A program made the position numbers and the translations under genes. A stretch of DNA of 34,927 nt from an uncultured bacterium (lineage in GTDB: Bacteria > CAYJRR01): contig CAYJRR010000040.1 in assembly GCA_964372275.1 (NCBI GenBank), positions 1 through 34,927 of the forward strand, given 5' to 3'. The number at the start of each line of letters is the position of its first letter. Position 1 is the stretch's first letter. Shown here piece by piece: positions 1-7,453 of the stretch. The notes under the pieces were generated by a model, which did not search any database, was not told the origin of the DNA, and worked only from the letters and a program-made list of their open reading frames with translations.

Positions 1-1
1 C

Positions 2-211
2 TATGGTCCTTTTCAGGCCCGAGGTTTCGACGCGCTGCGGGAGATGGACGGGAACTATCGGGCGATCACCGCGGAGAGGCTTCGCAGCGTCGGTGAGAGG
101 TTTGGCGCGACCCACGCCGTCCTCTACCGCGAATCGGCGGTCGACCTGCCGGTCTTGTACGAGGACAAGACCTACCGGTTGGTCGAGATCGTCGACGGTC
201 CACGCCCGTGA
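2..211 (+). CDS. 3' end of a gene entering from the left (hypothetical; possibly the C-terminus of a glycan-associated membrane protein)
   Basis: Open frame YGPFQARGFDALREMDGNYRAITAERLRSVGERFGATHAVLYRESAVDLPVLYEDKTYRLVEIVDGPRP* has typical high-GC codon usage. Its TGA overlaps the GTG of the next gene (GTGA, 208-211). Not in the supplied ORF track. Confidence 0.7.
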   Translation, partial: YGPFQARGFDALREMDGNYRAITAERLRSVGERFGATHAVLYRESAVDLPVLYEDKTYRLVEIVDGPRP

Positions 212-1782
212 GCGCGCTCCCGAGGCCGGCCCAGCCGGAAGCGGGCCCGCATCACGTCGGCGACGTTGGGCCGCGACCCGTCGGCTCTCCGCCGGTCGGC
301 CTCGGCACGTTCGCCGCGTATGTCTCGATCGTCGTCGTGAGCAGCGTCGCATTCTCCCGCGCGTACGTCGTGGGCTTGCAGACGGACGCGGTCGAGATCT
401 TTTCGCTCGCCTTCATACCGGCGCTCACGGTGTCGCTACGGCTGTTGCTCCTCCGTCTGGCGCCCCTGCGCGTCTACGCGGCGGTGGTCGTCGTCGACCT
501 CCTGCTGAAGGTGGTGCTCGCCAGTTACTCCAGTTGGTTCCACGAGAACCTGGAGATCCATTCGATTATCCAGAACGTCTCGGAGGGGGTGTGGGCGTCG
601 AGCGCCATTCTGCAGTCGGTCCAGACGGGAGTGCTGGTCGTCGGCGGGGGGCTCGTCGGGGTGGAGATCGCGCTGGCGAGAAGGCTTCCGCGGCGGTTGA
701 TCGATCGCGGGCTTCTGGTGTTTGGATTGCCGGCGGCGCTCCTGTACGGGGCGGTTCTGGCGAAGATCCCGCCCTCGAGCGCGGCCAAGGTCACCGACTA
801 CACGCTGTGCATCAAGGTGCACGGCTACTACGCGGCGCTGCTGTCGGATCTCGTCTTCACCGGGGTGCGGCCGAGTCGGGAGGAGTTGCACGGGGCCTTC
901 CATGCGATGCAGGCGAAGCGGCCGGCGCCGGCGGTGCGGGTGACGGCGACAGGGAGGCGGCACGAGGATCTGCTCGTGATCCAGGCGGAGAGTCTCGATT
1001 GGGCGGTGCTGGGACATCGGGTCGACGGGAGGGGGGTCGCGCCGTTCCTCGATCGGCTGGCGACCGAGGCGGTCACGCTGAAGCTCGATCCGAACCACAC
1101 GGCGCAGTCGGGGAGCTCGGGGGCCGACTTCCAGGTGTTGACCGGGCGGCATCCGCATCCGTACTTCCCGAGCTACAAGCTGCGGTCGCTCGACATGTCG
1201 ATGGCGCTGCCGGCGATGTTGGCGCGGCATGGGGTCAAAAGCCTCGCCTTCCACGGGAACGCGGCGTCGATGTGGGCGCGCGGGCAGGCGTTCGAGCGGA
1301 TGGGGTTCGACGCCTTCTACGACGAGAGCGCCTACCCGCACGCCGACTCGCGGTGGGGGGTGAACGACCGGATCTTCTTCGACGGCACGAAGAGGCTGAT
1401 CGAGGTCGACGAGCCGGGGCGGTCGTTCTACTTCCTCGTCACGCTCTCCACCCACTACCCGTTCGACTACGTGGAGCACGACGGCTTCGCTGGCTCGTCG
1501 CGCGCGCGGCGCTACTTCAACGCGATCCACTTCCTCGACCGGGCGCTCGAACGGTTCCTCGGGAACCTGAAGGGGGACTACCTGGTGCTCCTCTACGGCG
1601 ACCACGGCGCGTCGATCTCGACGGCCGACTACCGGTCCAGCGACGGCGAGCGCGAGCCGGTGCCGGCGTTCGTCTTCGGCCTGGTGAACGGGCGGATCGA
1701 GCCGCCGGAGATCGAGATCGAGCCGAAGGACGGCCTCGACCTGCGGGCGCTCTACCGGATCGCGCTCGAGGCGTATCCGTGA
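208..1782 (+). CDS. LTA synthase family / sulfatase-like membrane phosphotransferase
   Basis: N-terminal hydrophobic helices followed by alkaline-phosphatase-superfamily motifs IQAESLD, SSGADF (putative Ser nucleophile), GVND, VTLSTHYPF and LYGDH. Confidence 0.85.
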   Translation: MSALPRPAQPEAGPHHVGDVGPRPVGSPPVGLGTFAAYVSIVVVSSVAFSRAYVVGLQTDAVEIFSLAFIPALTVSLRLLLLRLAPLRVYAAVVVVDLLLKVVLASYSSWFHENLEIHSIIQNVSEGVWASSAILQSVQTGVLVVGGGLVGVEIALARRLPRRLIDRGLLVFGLPAALLYGAVLAKIPPSSAAKVTDYTLCIKVHGYYAALLSDLVFTGVRPSREELHGAFHAMQAKRPAPAVRVTATGRRHEDLLVIQAESLDWAVLGHRVDGRGVAPFLDRLATEAVTLKLDPNHTAQSGSSGADFQVLTGRHPHPYFPSYKLRSLDMSMALPAMLARHGVKSLAFHGNAASMWARGQAFERMGFDAFYDESAYPHADSRWGVNDRIFFDGTKRLIEVDEPGRSFYFLVTLSTHYPFDYVEHDGFAGSSRARRYFNAIHFLDRALERFLGNLKGDYLVLLYGDHGASISTADYRSSDGEREPVPAFVFGLVNGRIEPPEIEIEPKDGLDLRALYRIALEAYP

Positions 1783-1888
1783 CGGCGAGCGTGTGACGCC
1801 GGGCTCGAGAGGGCGAACACGTTTTGGGGTCGCGCGTTTGGTGGAAATCGCGGCTCCTCGGTCGACGACGGACGGGGCGCGCGACAGG

Positions 1889-2416
1889 ATGATTGACGTG
1901 AGCAAGCACAGGAGCGTCATCCCGCTGAACCGGGTTGCGGAGCGAATCGTCACCATTCGTGACCAGCGCGTCATCCTCGATGCTGACCTCGCGTTTCTCT
2001 ATGGGGTCCGTACCTTCCGCCTCAACGAGCAGGTGAAGCGAAACCGCGAGCGCTTTCCAGCCGACTTCATGTTCCAGCTCTCGGCGGATGAGGCGGCGGC
2101 TTTGAGATCGCAAATTGCGATCTCAAAAGGGCGCGGCGGCCGGCGCTACCTTCCGCATGCCTTCACGGAGCACGGCGCGATCATGGCGGCGTCTGTTCTG
2201 AGCTCGCCGCAGGCGGTCTATGTCAGCCTCTTCGTCGTGCGAGCATTCGTCGCAATGCGCGCGGCGTTGATCTCGCATCGCGACCTCGCGGCCAAGATCG
2301 CCGAGCTCGAGAGTCGCTACGACCGCCAGTTCAAAGTTGTGTTCGACGCGCTGCACGAGATCATGCGCCCACCGACGAAGCCGGGTCGCCGCATCGGTTT
2401 TGAAACGGAAGGCTGA
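1889..2416 (+). CDS. ORF6N (KilA-N-like) domain DNA-binding protein
   Basis: IRDQRVILDADLAFLYGV...LNEQVKRNRERFPADFMFQL...GGRRYLPHAFTEHGAIMAASVL and C-terminal RRIGF are typical of the family. Start is ATG 1889 or GTG 1898. Confidence 0.9.
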   Translation: MIDVSKHRSVIPLNRVAERIVTIRDQRVILDADLAFLYGVRTFRLNEQVKRNRERFPADFMFQLSADEAAALRSQIAISKGRGGRRYLPHAFTEHGAIMAASVLSSPQAVYVSLFVVRAFVAMRAALISHRDLAAKIAELESRYDRQFKVVFDALHEIMRPPTKPGRRIGFETEG

Positions 2417-2451
2417 CCACTGGCGCCCGTGGGGGCGGCGGACGGAGGTCG

Positions 2452-2590
2452 TCCCGAGCTACAAGCTGCGGTCGCTCGACGTGTCGATGATGACGAGAGC
2501 GGCTACTCGCACGCCGCCGGAGATCGAGATCGAGCCGAAGGACGGTCTCGACCTGCGGGCGCTCTACCGGATCGCGCTCGAGGCGTATCC
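2452..2590 (+). pseudogene. Internally deleted partial copy of the upstream LTA-synthase-family gene (three collinear fragments)
   Basis: 2452-2489 matches 1166-1203 (37/38), 2492-2516 matches 1321-1345 (23/25) and 2513-2590 matches 1701-1778 (77/78). Confidence 0.9.
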
Positions 2591-2684
2591 CAAAGGAAAT
2601 CGGCGCCCGCCACCGGCGCGGATTCGCCCGCGGGGTTCCTGGGTTGGGCGGAATTGCCGCCGGCCGGTTGACCGAACTGCGCCG

Positions 2685-2889
2685 ATGATGCGTGCAAGCG
2701 GGATTGAGTTCCGACCGCAGGCGCGCGATGAGCTCCTGGCGGTTCGGTGGTACGCGAGCCACAGCGTCGTTGTGGCGGGCCTTCGTTCGTGTCGTGGACG
2801 AATCCGGAGAAGACTACCTCTATCCCACCCGACTCTTCCCGTCGGTCGATCTTCCGAAAGAGGCGGAAAGGGCGTTTTCCGCACCGTAG
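2685..2889 (+). pseudogene. Chimeric remnant: ParE/RelE-like N-terminus joined, with a frame change, to the C-terminus of a small hypothetical protein
   Basis: The frame from ATG 2685 reads MMRASGIEFRPQARDELLAVRWYASHSVVVA (ParE-like). Another frame from about 2779 reads AFVRVVDESGEDYLYPTRLFPSVDLPKEAERAFSAP*. Confidence 0.55.
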
Positions 2890-2910
2890 CGCAAACGCAG
2901 GAGTCTCGGC

Positions 2911-3135
2911 ATGAAGCGGACGAAGAAGAAGAGGCCCGTCGCCGACGGCCTGCGCGTGCGCGCATACCAGGTCCTCCGGCGAGCAATCGAGGAGGGCGCG
3001 GAGTACGGCTGGCGCCGCGCCCACAAGCACACCGACGCGCCGGACGAGGAGACGATCAAGGGCCAGATCGTCACCGGCATCCTCAACGAGATCTGCGAGT
3101 ACTTCGACTTCGACGATGGCGACTTCACGAAATAG
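2911..3135 (+). CDS. Small hypothetical protein (74 aa), phage-like
   Basis: AGGAG ribosome-binding site upstream, strong codon bias, protein-like sequence RAIEEGAEYGWRRAHKHTDAPDEETIK...NEICEYFDF. Confidence 0.75.
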   Translation: MKRTKKKRPVADGLRVRAYQVLRRAIEEGAEYGWRRAHKHTDAPDEETIKGQIVTGILNEICEYFDFDDGDFTK

Positions 3136-3189
3136 AGGCCGCTTCAACTTGCAGTGAAGCCGGCTCTTCGACGGCCAAACCGTCGATTT
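3134..3189. terminator. Tandem hairpins between convergent genes
   Basis: GCTTCA-N8-TGAAGC with an imperfect outer stem, then TCGACGG-CCAAA-CCGTCGA-TTT (3168-3189). Confidence 0.45.
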
Positions 3190-3207
3190 GCGAGGGCGCG
3201 CCAGGCG

Positions 3208-4230
3208 TCAGGTGGCGAGGAACTCGTCGTACCAGCGGATCGTGCGCGCCAGGCCGGTGTCGAGGTCGAAGGAGGGCTTCCAGCGGAGGAGGGTGCGGGC
3301 CTTGCGGGCGTCGAGGTACTGCTCGCGAATCTCGTTCGAGGCTTCGTTGAGGATCCGGGGGCGGGAGGTCGCCTTCATGGCCGCGAGGAGGCGCTTCACC
3401 AGGTCGAGGACCGAGAGCGGCTGGCCGTAGGAGAAGTTGAACGCCTCGCCGCGGAGGGTGGGGCGGGTGGCGAGCGATTGGGCGAGCGTCGTGTAGGCGA
3501 TCGCGGCATCCTCGACGTAGATGTAGTCGCGGAGGAACTTGCCGTCGGAGCGGATCACCGGGCGCTCGCCGCGCAGCACGGAGCGGATCGTGCCGGGGAC
3601 GATGCGGTTCCAGTTCAGATCGCCGCCGCCGAAGAAGTTGCCGCAGCGGGTGATCGCCACCGGAAGCCCGAAGGTCTTGGCGTAGCCGTGGGCGATCAGG
3701 TCGGCGCAGGACTTCGAGACGTCGTAGGGATGGGCGGCGGCGAGAGGAGCCGACTCTGGCGTCGGCAGCACCGCGGCCTGGCCGTAGGCCTTGTCGGACG
3801 AGGCGACCACGATCGACTTCACCTTCGGGCTGCGGCGGGCGGCCTCGAGCAGCGACCAGGTGCCGCCGACGTTCGTCTCGAAGGTCGAGACCGGATTGCG
3901 GTTCGCGATCCCGACGATCGTCTGCGCCGCGAGATGGAGCACCACCTCCACTTCGTACTCGCCGAGGACGCGCTCCAGCAGCGCCTGATCGCGCACGTCG
4001 CCGCGGACCGACTTGACCCGGGCGTGAAGCCCCGCGCGCACCAGCTCCGACTGCGGCACGTCGTCGCGGACCAGACAGACGACGTCCGCCCCGAGATCGA
4101 GCAGCCGCCGCACCAGCCACGATCCGACGAGCCCGGTCGCTCCGGTGACGAGCGTCGGCCGGTCGAGCCAGAACTTCCGCTCCTTGGCGTCGGGGACCTC
4201 GGCTTCCGCTGCGGTCTTCTTTGCGGCCAC
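3208..4230 (-). CDS. CDP-glucose 4,6-dehydratase-like NAD-dependent epimerase/dehydratase (RfbG-like)
   Basis: [36 protein letters not shown] and [10 protein letters not shown]...RIVP. GTG start at 4230 preceded by AGGAG. Confidence 0.85.
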   Translation of the reverse strand: MAAKKTAAEAEVPDAKERKFWLDRPTLVTGATGLVGSWLVRRLLDLGADVVCLVRDDVPQSELVRAGLHARVKSVRGDVRDQALLERVLGEYEVEVVLHLAAQTIVGIANRNPVSTFETNVGGTWSLLEAARRSPKVKSIVVASSDKAYGQAAVLPTPESAPLAAAHPYDVSKSCADLIAHGYAKTFGLPVAITRCGNFFGGGDLNWNRIVPGTIRSVLRGERPVIRSDGKFLRDYIYVEDAAIAYTTLAQSLATRPTLRGEAFNFSYGQPLSVLDLVKRLLAAMKATSRPRILNEASNEIREQYLDARKARTLLRWKPSFDLDTGLARTIRWYDEFLAT

Positions 4231-4238
4231 AGGGTCTC

Positions 4239-5855
4239 CTATCGGGTCTTCGCCGCCACGAAGTCGTGGAACGACGCGACGACGTGGTCGAGCTGGGGAT
4301 CGGTGAGGCCGGGGTAGACGCCGACGAAGAAGGCGTCCTCCATCAGACGGTCGGCGCCCGCCAGGTCGCCGACCACCCGGAACGGAGGGAGGCCGTCGGG
4401 ACGGCGGAGGTCGAGGTAGGCCGGCTGCTTCGTCAGGTTGCCGCCGAACAGCATCCGGGTCTGGATCTTCCGGTCCTCGAGGAAGCGAGCCAGCTCGGTG
4501 CGGCCGAAGGGGGCGGTCTTCCGCGCCAGCACCAGGAACCCGAACCACGAGGGGTCGGCCCCTGACGTCGCGCGCGGGAGCTCGAGATGCTCCTCGAGGT
4601 CGGCGAGGCCGGCGCGCAGGCGGGCCCAGTTGCGCCGTCGCGCGGCGCCGAAGTCGGGGAGCTTGGCGATCTGCTCGACGCCGATCGCCGCCTGCAGGTC
4701 GAGCGGCTTCAGGTTGTAGCCGACGTGGCTGTAGACGTACTTGTGGTCGTAGCCCTCGGGCAGGTCGCCGAGCTTCCAGGCGAACCGCTTCCCGCAGGTG
4801 TTCGACTTGCCGGAGTCGCACCAGCAGTCGCGGCCCCAATCGCGAAAACTTTCGACGATCGGCTTGAGCGCGGCGTCGCGCACCACGTTCACCGCCCCGC
4901 CCTCCCCCATCGTCACGTGGTGCGGCGGGTAGAAACTCTGCGTCGACAGATCGCCGAACGAGCCGGTCGGCCTCCCCTTGTAGAACGAGCCGAGCGCGTC
5001 GCAGTTGTCCTCGACGAGCCACAAGCTCCGGCGCCGGCAGAAGTCGAGGACGGCGTCGACGTCGAACGGGTTGCCGAGGGCGTGCGCCAGCATCACGGCG
5101 CGGGTGCGCGGCGACCAGGCCTCGTCCAGGCGGCGCGGATCGAGGTTGCCGGTGGCGGGATCGCTGTCGACGAAGACCGGGACGCACCCGTGCTGCAGGA
5201 TCGGATTGACGGTGGTGGGGAAGCCGGCCGCGGCGGTGATCACCTCGTCGCCGGGCTGGAGCGCGCGCTCGCCGAGCTTGGGCGAGGTGAGCGCGGCGAA
5301 GGCGACGAGGTTTGCCGAGGAGCCGGAGTTGACCAGCACGCTGCTGCGCACCCCCAGGAACGAGGCCAGCGCGCGCTGCATGCGGTCGCCATGGGGGCCG
5401 AGGGTGAGCCAGAAGTCGAGGCTGGCGTCGACGGCGGCCTTCACCTCGCGCCGGTCGAAGACACGCCCGGCGTAGGGGACGACGCTTTGTCCCGGGACGA
5501 ACGCCGGCGCGGCGTGCTCCGCCTCGACGAAGGCGTCGACCTCGACGGCGATGCGCCGCCGGTGGACGCGTGCCAGCGCCGCGCGGGTGATCCGCCCGAC
5601 GACGCGGCCGTCGATGGCGGAGGTCTCCTCCAACTCCACGAAAAGCGGTCCGGCGACGCCACCGTCGGTCCCGCGCGTGGCGGCCCCCCCTCGGTCGGCG
5701 TCGACCCGTTCGATCTCGGCGGCGGTCAGCTCGAGCGAAGCGACCACGGGGGACGCCGCGTGGACGCGCACGCCGATCGGCCGCGCCCCCCCCCGCACCG
5801 CGAGGCGAAGCTCCCCTGCCGCCGATCGCACCAGCGTTCCGGCATCGATCGTCAT
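4239..5855 (-). CDS. rfbH: CDP-6-deoxy-4-keto-hexose 3-dehydrase (E1; RfbH/DdhC) with an extra N-terminal segment of about 95 aa
   Basis: [32 protein letters not shown] (His in place of the aminotransferase Lys), RDWGRDCWC...NTCGKRF Fe-S motif and [16 protein letters not shown]. Confidence 0.92.
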   Translation of the reverse strand: MTIDAGTLVRSAAGELRLAVRGGARPIGVRVHAASPVVASLELTAAEIERVDADRGGAATRGTDGGVAGPLFVELEETSAIDGRVVGRITRAALARVHRRRIAVEVDAFVEAEHAAPAFVPGQSVVPYAGRVFDRREVKAAVDASLDFWLTLGPHGDRMQRALASFLGVRSSVLVNSGSSANLVAFAALTSPKLGERALQPGDEVITAAAGFPTTVNPILQHGCVPVFVDSDPATGNLDPRRLDEAWSPRTRAVMLAHALGNPFDVDAVLDFCRRRSLWLVEDNCDALGSFYKGRPTGSFGDLSTQSFYPPHHVTMGEGGAVNVVRDAALKPIVESFRDWGRDCWCDSGKSNTCGKRFAWKLGDLPEGYDHKYVYSHVGYNLKPLDLQAAIGVEQIAKLPDFGAARRRNWARLRAGLADLEEHLELPRATSGADPSWFGFLVLARKTAPFGRTELARFLEDRKIQTRMLFGGNLTKQPAYLDLRRPDGLPPFRVVGDLAGADRLMEDAFFVGVYPGLTDPQLDHVVASFHDFVAAKTR

Positions 5856-5989
5856 CGCAATCCGCCCGCTCGACTCGCCATGCCGCTCACGGGCGTTGCA
5901 TAGCACGGTGCATCGAATTGGGCGACCTCCCACCGTGGCAATTCGGCCGGAAGTTCGATGAGTTGGCCCGATCCGGCCCGACGCGCGGT

Positions 5990-6005
5990 TCGACCGATCG
6001 GTCGA
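5990..6005. promoter_or_regulatory. Perfect 16-bp palindrome in a divergent intergenic region
   Basis: TCGACCGATCGGTCGA lies between rfbH (minus) and the small gene at 6044 (plus). A regulatory role is only inferred. Confidence 0.3.
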
Positions 6006-6043
6006 CGCCTTGTGAGGCCGACGGCGAGGCGTATCCTGAAAGC

Positions 6044-6427
6044 ATGCCCCGCAAGAAGAACGGCAACGGCGGCCCTCCACCGCCCCACCGCCCCGAGAAC
6101 CCCGACTTCGCCTACCTCGGCGCCAAGCTCGACGCCATGGCGGAGGCGACGGCGAAGGGCTTCGGCATCATGGACCACCGGATGGAGTCGATGGACCACC
6201 GGATGGAGTCGATGGACCATCGGATGGAGTCGATGGACCATCGGATGGCGTCGATGGGGGTGAAGCTCGACGCGCTCACCGACGTCACCGTGAAGGGGCT
6301 TGCCGCGGTCCAAGGGGAGATCGCTCGCACGAACGTGCGAATCGACAAGCTGATCGAGAACACGGGCGAACATTGGCGCGATCACGAACGGAGGATTTCC
6401 GCCCTGGAGAAGCAGGACGACCCGTGA
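6044..6427 (+). CDS. Small coiled-coil hypothetical protein with heptad repeats
   Basis: MPRKKNG...[13 protein letters not shown], (MDHRMES)x4, C-terminal [16 protein letters not shown] lies 6 nt upstream of the ATG. Confidence 0.8.
   Translation: MPRKKNGNGGPPPPHRPENPDFAYLGAKLDAMAEATAKGFGIMDHRMESMDHRMESMDHRMESMDHRMASMGVKLDALTDVTVKGLAAVQGEIARTNVRIDKLIENTGEHWRDHERRISALEKQDDP
6170..6253 (+). repeat. In-frame 21-bp tandem repeat, 4 copies
   Basis: Unit ATGGACCAYCGGATGGMGTCG at 6170, 6191, 6212 and 6233. Confidence 0.95.
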
Positions 6428-6669
6428 GTCGCCGAACGAAGCGGACTCGACGTGGAAGAAAGGGCCGGAAGCGGCGGCCCTCGGTCCCCAAGCGCCCGAA
6501 GAACCCCGACTTCGCCTATCTCGGCGCCAAGATCGACGCGGTCGTGAAAGTCTGGGAAGACGCGATCGCGATGCTAAGCCGTCCGGGCAGCCGGAAAGGC
6601 AAGTCGTCCGCTCCGGGGCGGGTCACCACATCTTCCACGGCGGGTTCCCCTCGTCCCAGAGGCGGTTGA
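6424..6669 (+). CDS. Small paralog (possibly truncated) of the preceding gene
   Basis: GTGA overlap with the upstream stop. Shares [16 protein letters not shown] (6500-6539 vs 6096-6135, 38/40 nt). The frame runs 47 nt into the convergent rfbF. Confidence 0.5.
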   Translation: MSRRTKRTRRGRKGRKRRPSVPKRPKNPDFAYLGAKIDAVVKVWEDAIAMLSRPGSRKGKSSAPGRVTTSSTAGSPRPRGG

Positions 6670-7453
6670 GGAGCTCGAACTCGCGGTAGGTGTCCATGCA
6701 CTGCCAGAAGCCGGGGTGGCGGTAGACGGCGAGCTCGCGCTCCTGGGAGAGGCGGCGGAGCGGCTCCTGCTCGAGGATCGTGGCGTCGTCGTCGAGGTAG
6801 TCGAAGATCTTCTTCTCGAAGACGAAGAAGCCGCCGTTGATCCAGACCTCTTCCAGGTACTCCTTCTCGGCGAAACGGGTGACGAGGTCCTTTTCGATCG
6901 TCAGCTCGCCGAAGCGCGAGGTCGGACGCACGCCGGTCAAGGTGGCGATCGTCCCGGCCTTCTTGTGGGTGGCGAGCAGCTTCGGGACGTCGACGTTCGC
7001 CAAACCGTCGCCGTAGGTCATCAGGAAGCGGTCGGCTTTGACGTAGTCGCGGATGCGGCGGATGCGGCCGCCGGTCATCGTCGCCTGGCCGGTCTCGGCG
7101 AGCGTCACCCGCCAGTCGATCGGCTCGGCGCTCTTCCCGAGCTGGACCTGCGTCCGTTTCCCCAGGTCGAGCATCACGTCGCTGGTGTAGGCGGCGTAGT
7201 CGAGGAAGTAGTCGCGGATCATCTCCCCGCGATAGCCCAGACACACGATGAACTCCTTGAACCCGTGGTGGGCGTAGTTCTTCATGATGTGCCAGAGGAT
7301 CGGGTGCGGGCCGACCTTCACCATCGGCTTGGGCCGGTACTCGGTCTCCTCCCGCAGCCGAGTTCCCAGGCCGCCGGCGAGGATCACCACCGGGATCTTC
7401 AGGGGGGGCTGGGGGGAGTTCCCCCCTCCAGCGCGTTCGCGCGAGCTGTTCAC
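6623..7453 (-). CDS. rfbF: Glucose-1-phosphate cytidylyltransferase
   Basis: VVILAGGLGTRLREETEYRPKPMV, PILWHIMK, TMTGGRI, TYGDG, WINGGFFVF, LEQEPL and GFWQCMDT...PPWKMW. GTG start overlaps the upstream stop. Confidence 0.95.
   Translation of the reverse strand: MNSSRERAGGGNSPQPPLKIPVVILAGGLGTRLREETEYRPKPMVKVGPHPILWHIMKNYAHHGFKEFIVCLGYRGEMIRDYFLDYAAYTSDVMLDLGKRTQVQLGKSAEPIDWRVTLAETGQATMTGGRIRRIRDYVKADRFLMTYGDGLANVDVPKLLATHKKAGTIATLTGVRPTSRFGELTIEKDLVTRFAEKEYLEEVWINGGFFVFEKKIFDYLDDDATILEQEPLRRLSQERELAVYRHPGFWQCMDTYREFELLNRLWDEGNPPWKMW

Noticed and set aside
3-1796. 597-aa ORF and the many other long Arg/Gly/Pro-rich ORFs in the track (for example 14290-16707, 29219-32197, 11640-13232, 21324-23087)
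   Set aside because: Shadow or antisense frames of real genes in high-GC DNA, with no recognisable motifs. Only the last 171 aa of 29219-32197 is a real gene.
1701-2590. Repeat pair read as a diversity-generating retroelement VR/TR
   Set aside because: Only 4 mismatches across the fragments, not adenine-specific (A/G, C/G, C/T, C/T), and no reverse transcriptase in the window.
1783-3207. Small-gene pocket read as an integron cassette array or prophage
   Set aside because: No convincing RYYYAAC...GTTRRRY attC sites, and no integrase or phage structural genes.
6025-6036. CGAGGCGTATCC identical to the end of the 78-bp repeat (1767-1778, 2579-2590)
   Set aside because: Only 12 bp with no flanking similarity. 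Better explained as chance plus a -10-like TATCCT.
6170-6253. 21-bp repeats read as a CRISPR array
   Set aside because: The units are contiguous with no spacers, are in frame within a CDS, and there are no cas genes.
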